63,133 nt of DNA, filler included, from Octopus bimaculoides (GCF_001194135.2; 4 parts of 4 records of this genome joined end to end with filler, not necessarily neighbours in it); one strand, 5' to 3'; shown: positions 25,468 to 37,961, numbered from the whole stretch's first letter. Notes: a model not told the origin generated them from the letters alone. Program-made: numbers and translations.

Positions 25468-26923
25468 CTAAACTTTCAAATCTTCCTTCACACCAGCTAT
25501 CTTACCACCATTACTATGCACACACAGTTATCAAGTATAAAACTTAGTTAAATCCTATCAGCCCTACAAAGTAACCAGTCTCAATAGTACCCATTCTTTC
25601 ACCCTCTAATATTGCTCTCCAGAATTGCCTCCATTCTGTCTTCACTAAATTCATCAGTCTCTCTCTTCCTCTCCTCTCCCTCTCTTTCAATTGACATCAA
25701 GACAAGGAAAGAAACGACTGTGTATCATGGATCAGGACCATCTTAATCACATAATTGGCCCCTGGACAAAACAATGCACTGAAGCCATATACATCTGCAG
25801 CATACATAAATTAGCACTGGGCCCTAGACCCACTTGGCTCTTAGGCAATAACCAAGTGTGCCTGTGCTATCCCAGTTTTTAGTTACCACTCTATCACTCT
25901 CAGCTACAATGTGGTAAACATCAACTCCTTGCTACACCAGGGAATATTTTCTCAGTAAAGTTTCTAAAAAACTGAGTTCAGTGGAATTGCTCCAACATGA
26001 CACACTTGGCTTCAGTACAACAGAATTTTATGAAAGTAAAGTTGTTGCCTTTGACAGCAATTAAGCCTTCAACAGTATATGCCATGTGTTGACCTCATAT
26101 CTGATGTGCTTGTTTATCTCATTTAGTTTTTCAAGAAGCTTAAGTTCAAAGTTGCACGACATTGGAACATTCCTAAATGAAACTCACTGTTACATAAAGA
26201 ATGCTTTGTATTTATGAAGCATATCTTTCACTACCTCATCCTTTACTTCCAAGGCCTTTTTCAGTCATAGAGTTGGACATCTCTTCCTGTTATCCTATAT
26301 TTGATGATTCTTTTCAAAGCACAAATACTCATACATAAACCCTCACTCACAAATATTGACTGTCCCTTCAACTGCTTTTGTCTACTACTATTACAACTAT
26401 AAATTAAATCTACTCTTTTACTTTCTTTACATCTTCAGCATACATTATTCCCATTAGTCCCACCCATTCCGTCATGGAAGGCAGACGTTATATGATGATG
26501 AGAATGTCTCTCATCCTCCTTTCATCTCAATAGTGCCTCCCACCACTATTGTGCATTTTCACTCCTATCACTATTGTTTTCTCATTCCCACCTCTACTGA
26601 TTCTTATTTCTTTACTGCCCACAAGGGGCTACACACAGAGGAGACAAACAGATTAAGTCGATTATATCGACCCCAGTGCATAACTGGTACTTATTTACTC
26701 GACTCCGAAAGGATGAAAGGCAAAGTCGACTTTGGTGGAATTCGAACTCAGAACGTAGCCGCAGACGAAATACCGCTAAGCATTTCGCCTGGCATGCTAA
26801 CGTTTCTGCCAGCTCGCCGCCACCACTACTGTTTCTTCCTCACTCCCATTGCTACTGTATCTCCTCATCCACAACTTTACCCTTAGGTTCTCTCTAACAA
26901 TTTATTATATCCTCAAGTCAGTA

Positions 26924-26973
<50 letters not shown>

Positions 26974-29900
26974 CCAATCCAAGAAGTTAAAAGGCTATGG
27001 CTTGCCCTACACTTTCCTTCCGCCTCTTCTCAACTAACAAGAAATTCATCAACTTTAATACCTTTAGACTATTATTACTTAAAGAAGTTACTCTTCTCTG
27101 TAGGTCACTCATTGGTCAGTTACAGAAACTTCAAGCTCAGTGTGGGAAAATCCCACGATCCAGTTCAGCCTCTTCCACACAGACTGGGACTGTTCTCATG
27201 GTAAGTGACATTCTCTTTTTTTGAAATATACTAGTCTATTTTTTTATATCATTCCTCTGCTGAAATAATCAATTAACTCCCTATATAATTAATACAATTA
27301 ATCATTTAGAAACTATTTTAATTCTCTTTAATATCTTTTAACATTCTAAATTTCCCTAACCTAAACTAACTGCTAATGTTATAGTTTTTGCTATTAACTG
27401 CTGCTAGCTTTATTAATTTTTATCATTAATAGTTGCTAGCTTTAATTTTTGTCAAAATTTCTGTTGAAAATTGTTTTTCAAGTAAAAATATATATCAGAA
27501 TATGAAAATATTGTGAGTGTGCATATTTTCAGAATCTGTATATGCAAATGAATACAAAGTAATTTCTCTCTTAGAATATTTAAAATTTTCATCATAATAT
27601 AAAACTGCTGATGATGTTTGGTGTAGAGGTCTGGAATGGAAGCTCCAGTCTACATCTGATTGTTTGATGAGAATTGAATTCCTAGTAATCTTAGATTGTT
27701 ACTTTGCTATTCAGGTTGTCGTGCTGAGTTTTGCTGTCTTCCTCGGCAGTTGGGCACCAACATCTCTGAACATTGGTTACTCATCTCCGTCGAATCAACC
27801 TGATATCTTCTATTCTAATCCACGTCCTATGCATCCATCACCTTCAATGGGGCCACAGTTGCAGAATGTCCGAGTGGCTGACTATCCATCTCATAGCAGT
27901 AAATACCATTCTCTCCTTTTCATAGTTTTAGTAGTTTCTCTATCATTTGTTCACATGGCACAACAGTCAGAAACCTGCTAGTTAAAGTTGTTTAAAATTT
28001 TCTTAGAAATTGGTGTAACATTTTCTTCTTTTAAAGTCAGGTTTCATATTTTGGTTGTCTTCATAATTATTTGTATTTCTGAAAGAGCTTGTATCTTAGT
28101 TTAGTGCTGTTTCTGAGAGAATAATCAAAATAATTCCATAAATATTGATGTCTGTCATCAACATTGTTTATAATTCGAAATTATTGTAAACCAAAAGTTT
28201 CCAATATTTTAGAAACAGAGGAAGAACAATTTGTGAAATTTAGAGAAAACAAATATGTGAAGTTTATTACAGTAAGATTAGTTGAGTATTATTGTAAAGT
28301 AAGTCTGAAGGATAAACAGACTACATTTTCGGTACCATTGTTATGTAGGAATGTTTGAATTGTGTTTTGACCATGAAAATTGGATTTTTAAAATATAAAT
28401 CTGTTTGAACATTGTTATTAGTGATATCTGTGTAATTTTTATTATTTTCTTCACAAACTTTTGATTTTATTCAAATATGATAGAATCAATTATTTAGGAG
28501 TTTGTTCATTAAACTATTTTCTAAGTTTATTAAAAACTCCAATAAAGCTAACCAAGTCATAAAACACATTCTATAATGTGGTGAATAGCTTTTAATCAAA
28601 TACAGTGGTACCTTGACTTACAAGTGTCCCAACTAATGAGTTTTTTTTTTTGAGATATGAGTTGTCTCTCTGCCAATTTTTTGCTTTGAGTTGTGACCTA
28701 AAATTCGGGTTACAAGCCAGGTTCAGATAGTCCACTGCTTGTTGGCATAGTCAATGCCATAGTGAACACCATAACATTCGCCCAGCATCCTATGTCTCAC
28801 TTAATAGCTAGATAGATATGCACATTAGCAAGTGCGAAAATCATTAGTAGATCAATAGCTAGACAGACATACAAATTAATAAGTCAAAGATCATTAGTGG
28901 ATCGTTAGCTAGACAGGTGTTAAAATACCTACTTAGTTGTTGCAGGCTACAAAAGCATCAGTGTTGTGCTTGCAGTTATTTTGCAAAACTTCCAAAGGAA
29001 GTGAGTGTGAAGGACAGTGCTGATAAGAAGAAGTGGATGATGTGCATTGACTTAAAGAAAGAAATTATCGAAACACATGGCCAAGGTGTGCATGTAGTTG
29101 ACATGGTGAAGCAGTACGAGGGTAGTACTTCTACAACCTGCACCATACTGAAGCAGAAGGAGTTGATAAAGGCTATAATGCCAGCCAAGGGTGTTAAAAT
29201 AATTTCTACACAGTGAACATTTATCCATGAAAATATGGAGAAGCTGCTGATGATGTGGTTGACAGAGAAGCAGCTCACAGGAGATACTGTGACGAAGGCT
29301 ATAATCTGTGAGAATGCACAAACTATTTATGCTGATTTGCTGCAGCAAACTCCAGACATTTATATGGACAAGGCATTGCGTGAACCATTTAAAGCTAGTT
29401 GGGGCTGATTTGAGAATTTTAAAAGGAGGACCGGCATTCACCCTCTTGTCAGGCATGGTGAGGCAGTGAGAGCAGATATGAAGGCAGCTGAGGATTACCT
29501 CAAAGCTTTTGCCAGAATTATAGCAGCTGAAGGATACATCCCCCAGCAAGTCTTCAACTGTGATGAGACAGGACGTTTTTGGAAGAAGATGCCAAGGAGG
29601 ACTTATATAATGACAGAAAAGAAGAGGATGCTAGGCCACAAATCCATGAAAAATAGGCTAACCCTCACACTGTGTGCCGATGCGAGCGGCGACTGCAAGA
29701 TTAAGCTGTTGCTAGTTTATTGCTCAGAAAACCCTAGAGCCTTTAAGTCACATAAGATTCTGAAAGAAAATCTGCTGGTTATGCGATGGGCAAATCCAAG
29801 GGCATGAGTCACCAGATAGTCTCTACGGAGTGGGTGAATTTGGTCTTTGGTCCGGATTTTAAGAAATATCTCCAGGAAAATAACCTACCTCATCCTTTTC

Positions 29901-32900
29901 ATCCTGGACAATGCACCTGCTCACCCACCTAACCTTGAAGATGACATCCTTGAAGGGTTCAAGTTTATAAAGGTTCTATACCTTCCACCCAACACCACCC
30001 CTATCCTATAGACCAGCAGGAGATTTCTAACTTCAAGAAGCTCTTCATCAAGTACCGGCTCCACTGCTGCTCTGAGGTGACAGAGAGCACAAACCTCACC
30101 CTTCAAGAGTTCTTGAAGGACTGCTATAGTATCATGATATGCCTCAGAATTATCGATATGGCCTGGCAGGATGTTACAAAGAGGACCTTGACTTCTGCAT
30201 GGAAGAAGCTGTGGCCTGAGGTTGTGTCTGAAACAGACTTTGAAAGACTTGAACCCAAAGCAGCAGTGGTGGAGGAGATTGTATCCCTCAGCAGGTCCAT
30301 GGGCCTGGACGTGGATGAAGGTGACATCAATGAGCTCATTGGGGAGCACTCCAAGGAACTGACAACAGAAGAGCTAAAGGAGCTACAGACACAGCAGCAC
30401 ACAGTTTTGTAGGAAATAGGTGATGTGGAGGAGATGGAGGAGGTTATCTCTACAAGTGCGATAAAGGAAATGTTGGGAATGTGGGAGAAACTTTCAGGCT
30501 TTATTCAAAAGAAACCCCAGAAAAAGTTGCAACTGGGCAAGTGACAGCGCTATTTAATGACACTTGCCTGACTCGTTTCAAAAGTACACTGAAAGTGAGG
30601 ATGAAACACACCTTATTGGACAGGCTTTTATCAAATATTCCTGGAGATGAAAGTGTGGAGAAAAGGGCAAAAATCAACGAATAAGATTCAGTTATTCAGT
30701 TTAGCCTTTCTCCTCCACCTCCGTCAACATCCTCAAGTTTTTTGATCACCAAGGTAAATGCTGTACATAATACTTAATAAAACCAGTTTATTGCTGTACA
30801 TTCTATCGTATTGTTTTTTTTAATACAATATTCGTTTTTTGTAAGTACATTTTTCTTATTTAAAAAGCATGTTACAAAAAAAATTGCAGTGTTTTTAGGG
30901 GGGGGGGGGCCTGGCATTTCAATTCATTTCAATGGGGAAATTTGAGTTATGAGCTCCATCACGGAATGAATTAAACTCGTAAGTCAAGGATACCACTGTA
31001 TTTGCCAAACATTTTATTTTTTATTCAAGTGAAAATCCTGCTTGCTTCAAAATATTTTTGGTGATTATGGGCTTGAATGCTCCTCTTATCATTATCTTTG
31101 TTATTATTAATATTTTATTTACCAAACTATTCTTTGATGACACTGATAAGCTATCCAGCACAAACAGAATTAATTAGGAATCTTTAATTTGAATCTCTGA
31201 AGTCATTACCCTGGAATTGATTAAGTACTTGATGTAGAGATAATTTCAGTTTCTAACACAAGCATTATCCAAGAGTTACCCTGCTCAGAGATTAAAGTGA
31301 ACTAAGGGAGAGATATTAGTCATTAAATAGTTGGAAAAACTAAGTGTTGTAAGTAAAGTATGATTTTATCTCAAGACATTCTAATCTTAAAATGTTTAAC
31401 CAATTCATGAAATAGTATATTGCAGGATAAGTCACTCAACAGTTGTAACTGTTTGACAACTATTTCACTTTACCAAAAAAACTAATTTACTGGTTAGTTT
31501 TGTAATAGATCTTTTTATAATTCTTGGTTTCTCAGTTAGCCATGACTTCAAGTGATACAAATCTACTAAAAAAAACTACCAGTTTACCTTTTTTTAATAT
31601 TCATTTTAATTTTTTACTAAATTTTACTTTCTTAATCAAGAATAGGTTGGAAAATTTCTGAAAATGATTTTGGAGTGATTTGTGTTGTAAGGTTACTTTT
31701 GAAGATTCAGTCCTTGAGAGAAAATTTAGTTGTAAATGTTTCAGATCTCATTGAATACATGACAAACTTCCTGTTCCTATGAAGATCTCATATATTTATG
31801 ACAAATAATCAACATGTGTAGTCTCCCTTACTATAGCTATTGACAATGTCATCATATTCTCATATATCTACCTTATTCAATGAAACTCTATAAAAGATGT
31901 ACTTCTATCTAATAACTGAGTATATATTAGAGTGATAGTGAGGTGAAGTTTCCTCTTACATCTCAGACAATTTTACTACTCACTCTATAATGTTTCCCCT
32001 GCATGTTAGAATAATCACATTATTAACTAATGTTCATTTTTACAAACTTACAAAAAATAACTTCTCTTGACTTTCTTGCACAATTCATTCACACAGTAAG
32101 TCCAGTTAAGTTGCTGCCTGATGGAGATGTATGATAACTGTGATGTATCAAGAATTGAAAATGAACTAAACTGGTTGAACTCAGCCCAACTAGTTATGGG
32201 GTTTCAAGTTTGCTTACTTTTGAAAGTATCAATGAAATGCCATAACTAGGTGAGAGAACTGGTGTAGTAAGTTGTATGTATATAACACTGATATAGTTGA
32301 ATGTCAAGTCAAAATGTTTGTAGTTAACATGTTCAGCCAACTTGATGTATGACAATTGCTAAAACTTCGTAGCTAATGAAAGCAGATTGAAGTTATGGAA
32401 ACATGAAATGTTCATTAAAACCGAATAGTCTGTTTTATTGCTAAAAGGCAACAAAACCCATCATATTTCTATCGAGAAGGTTTTCTCATTTTCACTGTAA
32501 GTACTATCAAATATTATTAATTTATTATTGACCAAATGCTGATACTTTTGCAAAAAGTAAGGAATATCTATACTTTATATAATGTAAGGAATATTTATAC
32601 TTTATATAATGTTAGAGTTGAGATATAGCTGTGACATAGAGCTAGGATTTTTTTTTATTTACTTCAAATAAAACTTTTAAACATTTCTGATGGTGTAAGT
32701 CTTGATATATTTTGAATATTGTCTTTTACATTTGTGTAAAATTGACTGTTATAATTTTTGCCATTTATTTTGTTATAGTGAAATCACGTGTACTGTTGTC
32801 TGTTAGAGACGAGCTTGAAGGCGATGGTTTGTTTGGTCCCAATGTTCCAATGAAGAATACAGCAGACCACCATGCTGACTCTCCTCTAAAGGCCAATAAA

Positions 32901-33071
32901 AGCCATATGGGAACAAAGCCAATAATGTGGCAACTGTTATCTTTCAAGGTGCCATATATTGTCAACTTTCCCCTGACCAATAGCTCCAGATTGGAATTAC
33001 CATTTTCAATTGCCCTACAAGATAATTTCCACAACAAACAAGCTGCGACTGGATATCACAACTTCTGCTGA
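17844..33071 (+). CDS. CREB3L1/2: CREB3L1/CREB3L2-like (OASIS/BBF2H7/CrebA family) ER-membrane-tethered bZIP transcription factor; join(17844..18296,19064..19239,23616..23759,24530..24588,25194..25262,27104..27200,27715..27898,32779..33071); 5' end incomplete
   Basis: Spliced translation gives [30 protein letters not shown] ... [95 protein letters not shown] ... [21 protein letters not shown] ... KSRVLL, which is characteristic of CREB3L1/2. All introns are GT-AG, phases are compatible, and the total length is divisible by 3. Confidence 0.96.
18561..18959 (-). mobile_element. SINE family A in a CREB3L intron, with an internal deletion at GGGGAC microhomology
   Basis: Matches the consensus; several CpG>TpG/CpA changes. 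Confidence 0.92.
19064..19239 (+). CDS. CREB3L1/2: CREB3L exon: [36 protein letters not shown]...FTNP
   Basis: tttAG|GTTAT acceptor and CCG|gtgagt donor; conserved PPTPPSS..SDSEGS.SP motif. Confidence 0.95.
19505..19658. repeat. (CT)n-rich repeat
   Basis: Direct reading. Confidence 0.9.
20440..21771 (-). mobile_element. Degenerate RTE-type LINE, endonuclease region; 20611-20877 is duplicated at 21505-21771
   Basis: Frameshifted translation [13 protein letters not shown]...[32 protein letters not shown] resembles RTE apurinic-type endonuclease; visible direct repeat of about 267 bp. Confidence 0.72.
22413..23433 (-). mobile_element. Tc1/mariner (maT/DD37D-like) internally deleted element
   Basis: TA|CAGGATGTTCAGGCTAAATTTGAC with a degenerate inverted end at about 23410-33, then TA. 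Remnants [27 protein letters not shown] and [12 protein letters not shown]. Same family as 48121-48991. Confidence 0.82.
23616..23759 (+). CDS. CREB3L1/2: CREB3L exon: ATB domain and start of the basic region, [48 protein letters not shown]
   Basis: 144 nt, phase 0-0, tttAG|ATC and AAG|gt. Near-identical to the CREB3L1/2 signature. Too short for the ORF track. Confidence 0.97.
24015..24422 (+). mobile_element. Older SINE (family A-type head, RTE-like tail, (GAT)n end)
   Basis: gggtttagtcctactgcatggcaccttaggcaagtgtctt ... ggatgttaaatgatgatgat. Confidence 0.78.
24530..24588 (+). CDS. CREB3L1/2: CREB3L exon: basic region [19 protein letters not shown]
   Basis: ctctcAG|ATA acceptor and CA|gtaagt donor; canonical bZIP basic motif. 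Confidence 0.97.
25194..25262 (+). CDS. CREB3L1/2: CREB3L exon: leucine zipper [23 protein letters not shown]
   Basis: ttgcAG|A acceptor and AG|gtatat donor; phase 2-2; heptad repeat continues. Confidence 0.95.
26601..26821 (-). mobile_element. SINE family C, full length
   Basis: ttcttatttctttactgcccacaagggg ... cgtttctgccagctcgccgc. Confidence 0.9.
27104..27200 (+). CDS. CREB3L1/2: CREB3L exon: zipper end and juxtamembrane [33 protein letters not shown]
   Basis: ctcttctctgtAG|G acceptor and ATG|gtaagt donor; conserved TQTGT motif. Confidence 0.95.
27715..27898 (+). CDS. CREB3L1/2: CREB3L exon: transmembrane helix [13 protein letters not shown] and proximal luminal region
   Basis: ttcAG|GTT acceptor and AGC A|gtaaat donor; the hydrophobic run matches VVVLCFAVAFGS of CREB3L2. 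Confidence 0.92.
28603..30998 (+). mobile_element. Full-length Tigger (pogo family, TIGD1-like) DNA transposon with a disrupted transposase (about 28990-30690)
   Basis: TA|CAGTGGTACCTTGACTTACAAGT ... ACTCGTAAGTCAAGGATACCACTG|TA (TIRs and TA TSD); HTH remnants, [44 protein letters not shown]; multiple stops and frameshifts. Confidence 0.96.
32779..33071 (+). CDS. CREB3L1/2: CREB3L terminal coding exon: (M)[11 protein letters not shown]...; S1P-like site RVLL; N-glycosylation sequons NKS and NSS; stop TGA 33069-71
   Basis: ttttgttatAG|TG completes the A+TG codon in phase 1. RxLL motif at 32787-32798 sits at the expected luminal position. Confidence 0.85.
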
Positions 33072-36000
33072 GAATTTACTAATTTTGGCATCTGGTAACA
33101 CTACTGCTAAAATTGAAAAGCCCTTAATATGGACAGTTAACAAAGATTTATAATTATTTTTCTTTTCTTCTTTGGGTTTTTCTCTAAGACTTTATTACAT
33201 AAACTGGAGGCTGTCATGCAAGAGAACTAGATTTCTTTATCTTTCTTTTCAATATTGTATTCTTCCCCCCACCCTTCTTTTTCCTCTTCTCTCATGTTCA
33301 TGTGATAACTGGTAATACAGAATACCCTGTGGCATAAATATAATGTCAACATCACAATACATAGTTTACAGCATTTCTTGTTGAAAGGTTCTTTGCAAAT
33401 CTTTTGGCAGAACTAACATGTGAAAGAAGTAAGGTGTGTATTCTTCATCATTGCTTCTTTACACCTTCATTTATGATTGAGGAATGGGGTGAAAAATATG
33501 TTTACTGCTGTTGTAGTTTCTAATTAAATTATTGTAGAAATGAATTGGTCGATTTAGATATTAAAATCTTGTTGAGTTATCTAAACTCTATGTATAATAC
33601 AAGGTAGGGAACATTTAATAGGTCTGTTTTCATTCTGACTGTTGTCTATAGCTTACTTGCTATAAACAGTCTGGTTGAATTTCCCAATAACTGAACAGAT
33701 CTTTTTCTCTAGCTGCTATTTAATGTGTCTCTCCAATTTTACAATTTTTCTTGCCTTCCACAGTTGTGCCAGTGGGGTTAGGGAAAGTGGAAATAGAGCT
33801 TTCACCTTTGAAGTTGATTTAATGTTGCAGTAATCTGCATTATTTAATTTTTGTTTTAAATCCAGGGACCACATAAGTGCTGTGCAAGCACCTCCCACTA
33901 CATACATTTATCGTCTTAAAAATTAGATCTCTCTTCCTCTACAGACAAAACATAACATTGCTTAATAAATTTCAATTAAAAAAATAAAAATTCTACATGA
34001 AAGTTAAATAGTAACCAAAGATCCATCTCATTCCTCTTGTTGATTACATAGAACTTGCCAGTTTTCTTTTTCATGTCTACTATCTCGGGGACTTTAATTC
34101 CCTAGGGCCTACTTTTATTCTCTAGAATTTACTATACTTGAGGCCTTTTATGTTCTGGATGGTTTTACAAGTAAAATCTGTTATATTTTAAATGTTACTA
34201 TTGAATATTTTTTTAGTATTTCCAGATTATCAAAATTATATAAAATTCAATGAATTTGATATGTATATTTGTGCAATAGAAGCTAATAGATACTAAAAGT
34301 AGAAACTTATTTTTTCTTCTAAATTATTTTCACAAAATGTATTGAAACAAAAACACAAAAAGTGGAATTTTTTATGTATGTAAAGTAAATATTTTTAATA
34401 ACTATAAATAATTGACAAAAAAAGATTAATTAAAGTAAAATTATTTTTAAAAGGCTGCCAAACTAGCAGCATCACTCTTGTTATGTGAGAGAATTCTACA
34501 GAAGAATCTTACTGGTTCAAAAAGTTATGTTCATGATATTGTGTTGGTAATAAAAACACACATTTGTTGTCTGTGTGTTTTCCTATAATATTGTTAAAAT
34601 ATCAAATGAATATTAAAGATATATAAATATATGTATATTTTTACAAACATATGCAGGCACGCTCTCTTAAATCTGAAAATTGTACCTTCATAATAATCAC
34701 TGTTATAAAATTAAAACAAATCTTCTCTCTACTGTGGCCCATCATTCTATCATGTAATCAACCCACACTTGTTTTCCATCCATATCACAGAAAATAATAT
34801 CATTAAACTATATTTATGAATGTCTTTTTATCTCGTATCATCAAATATGTCCATTTATTTTCTTCATAAAATATTTTATTATTCATGGTTGAAAGGTTGA
34901 TATTTTGATATTTTATGGCATGCTGTTATATGCATAAGATGGCTCCCAAATCAGCCCATACATTCAATACATAATGATATATGTATATAAATCAATTTAC
35001 TTTGTTGATATTCATTCCGAAGACTATAAATAAAACAATGTATGGGCAAAGTCATGGATTTTTTTCTCTGTCTTTCTCTCCAGGTTTTGGTTAAATACTT
35101 TTTCTGGTTTCCAGTTGAAAAGGAGTCATAAAATATCTAGTTAATGATTGATGATATTACTCTCGTCATTACAAAAATAATATGCAAAACAAATTGGTTG
35201 AATAATATCTTTAATAAATGTCTGTGTCCTTTAAAGTATGATGACTAAAAACTATCTATATTCCATATCATGACTATTAAGCCATTCTTTGCCAAGGTTT
35301 ATTGGATCAAAGATTTTTTTACAGTCTATATCACCTTGTTAAATATTGAAGTCTATCAAAAAAAATTACTAAAAAGTGGAATGAAAAGTGTTGGGGAAAA
35401 ATAAATTATTTGAAACGATAATTTATATTATAACAAATCCTAATTTCACTAAATTATGAACTAAAGATTGTTAAAATTTGAAATATGCAAATCAAGACTG
35501 TGTTTTATTGAGTGTTATATTAGATGTGTAATAAGTGTCTGCATCTAATAATGGCTAATTGCCAATATTCAATATAAGCACTTTATTTCAAACTCTTTTG
35601 AAATTTTCATTAATACTTTTTAATTCTGTCAGATTGTTTTGAAATCGAAAAGATTTCTACTATCCAAATTTTGCTATCAGTTTAAAAATGTCTGTCCACT
35701 TATCTTAACTATTACTAGTTGCTTATGATGTTTGACCAACAGCTAAGCTGTTGTCTCTCATAGATTGTGTCAAACAATTTAAACATTAGCAGCTGTGTTT
35801 CTCAGTCTTACAGAAACTAAATCAGAAAACAGCAAATTTTCTCTTTTAGTTGTGTTGTAGTTGAACTTTGAAAATATTTTTTTAGTTAATTCATATCTTT
35901 CAATCTATTTTAAAACCATAAAATACCAAGTGCCTATACTTAATGGTTCTAAATATATTTTTATTTTATACACTTCTATTTTGCCATTTACCCTTTATGT

Positions 36001-36086
36001 AAAAACTTACTTTCAAATTTCTTTTTCATTGTGATTTGCAGACAACCAACCAAGTATCAAAGGGTATATATACTCACACACACACA

Positions 36087-36122
<36 letters not shown>

Positions 36123-36872
36123 CACATTCAGTTGCATGAATTTTAAAGAATTTGTATGCTATTTGGTAAAAGAAATTTACCAAATTCTCTGTCTTGTTAA
36201 AGGATTGAAGAAAGCTCCAACTATATCCATGTTTGCCCCTTTTTAAAGGTAGCCTTCCAAGATAAAATAACTGTAGTACTTTGTTTCTCCTTTACATGCT
36301 GCACTACACTTTTTAAAGCAGTTTCACAAATGATTTTTNNNNNNNNNNNNNNNNNNNNNNNNNNNNNNNNNNNNNNNNNNNNNNNNNNNNNNNNNNNNNN
36401 NNNNNNNNNNNNNNNNNNNNNNNNNNNNNNNNNNNNNNNNNNNNNNNNNNNNNNNNNNNNNNNNNNNNNNNNNNNNNNNNNNNNNNNNNNNNNNNNNNNN
36501 NNNNNNNNNNNNNNNNNNNNNNNNNNNNNNNNNNNNNNNNNNNNNNNNNNNNNNNNNNNNNNNNNNNNNNNNNNNNNNNNNNNNNNNNNNNNNNNNNNNN
36601 NNNNNNNNNNNNNNNNNNNNNNNNNNNNNNNNNNNNNNNNNNNNNNNNNNNNNNNNNNNNNNNNNNNNNNNNNNNNNNNNNNNNNNNNNNNNNNNCAACA
36701 GTTGCTTCACCACATACCGAAGTTCTGAACTTCGGTATATGGTGAAGCAACTGTTGCTGATCCCTTAATTATGTTTATATATATATACTTACACATCATA
36801 CGCACATGAGAACATTTCATATCGAGACAAAACAATGGTTAAAACCAGTTCACTACATCCTTGTTGTTTTTT

Positions 36873-36907
<35 letters not shown>

Positions 36908-37900
36908 GCTGCTGTTGTTGTTGTTGTCACACGTTATTATTATTATTATTATTATTACAAAAATAATGGTTATGGTTCTCTATCAACCAACTTCATCATT
37001 CTGTCATCTTAGATATTCTGCCAACCTTTATAACAAGTGCTTCCTTTCAACTGGTGGGATACAGGAGATATGTAATTCACTCAGGCTGTTAGCCATCTTT
37101 TAAATTTGCTTTACATTGGTTCATGAAATTTTGGGGAAGAATGCATGTCATTTAAAAAGAAAATGGGGGTTAAAATAAATATATTTTTCTGGTATTCAGT
37201 ATCTACCTCTTGTTTTTATTTATTTCACAATCAGTTCTTTAATTTATTGTTTTTTAACCTGCAAAACTTACAGGAAGACCTGTTAACTATACTTTAAAAT
37301 ATTTTCTCTTCTTAAGTTTATATTTTCTTTCATGTAAAAAATATGCAGCTGCAAAATCACATTTTTACAAACCACAAGTAAAAACCAAGCAAAAACATTT
37401 GTTTCCATTTTGAATCCAAATTTACATTTGTAATAAAGAGTTAGAATTAAGATATTCAACTTTATCTGCTTCCATTGTGAACAAGACCTGTATGACATAC
37501 TGAATAACAACAAAATATTTAGCAAGCCATCCTCTGGAACTTATTTCATATAATTATTAACTGAGCATGTCTTTAAGAACTGGAACAGTGACTTGTTCTA
37601 AATGCTGCCAATCCACTTGTATATTTGATTGATTATCTAAATGAATTGCAAAAATAATGTTATGATGTTCAAACTATTTTAATTTTTGCTTTAAAAAATA
37701 TTTAGTTTTTTTCAAAACATTGTTAGTTGACAATCCACACACACATCTCATCATACAACTAAGACCAACAATATGTAAGAATTGATTAATGAACTCCCCT
37801 TACAAGACTTATCTTACTGTTGTCATATAACTTACAAAAGTCAATAACCAAAGTAATTAGATAATAAAAGGTTTTAATTGCTACAACTTCTATCCATGAT
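33072..37900 (+). other. Probable long AT-rich 3' UTR with several poly(A) signals
   Basis: About 4.8 kb with no recognisable SINE/LINE directly after the stop codon. AATAAA at 33964, 34549, 35213 and 37863. Includes gap 36339-36695. Confidence 0.55.
36696..36756. repeat. 61-bp near-perfect palindrome
   Basis: CAACAGTTGCTTCACCACATACCGAAGTTC-T-GAACTTCGGTATATGGTGAAGCAACTGTTG; 30-bp arms, one mismatch. Confidence 0.95.
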
Positions 37901-37911
37901 TCTATTGGTTA

Positions 37912-37961
<50 letters not shown>

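Noticed and set aside
29052-30402. Minus-strand ORFs over the Tigger, and plus-strand ORFs 39859-40431 and 42671-43387
   Set aside because: Antisense shadows of transposase and RT coding sequence.
24809-32610. Short tandem duplications (23 bp at about 24810; 27 bp at 32557-32610)
   Set aside because: Ordinary slippage duplications in introns.
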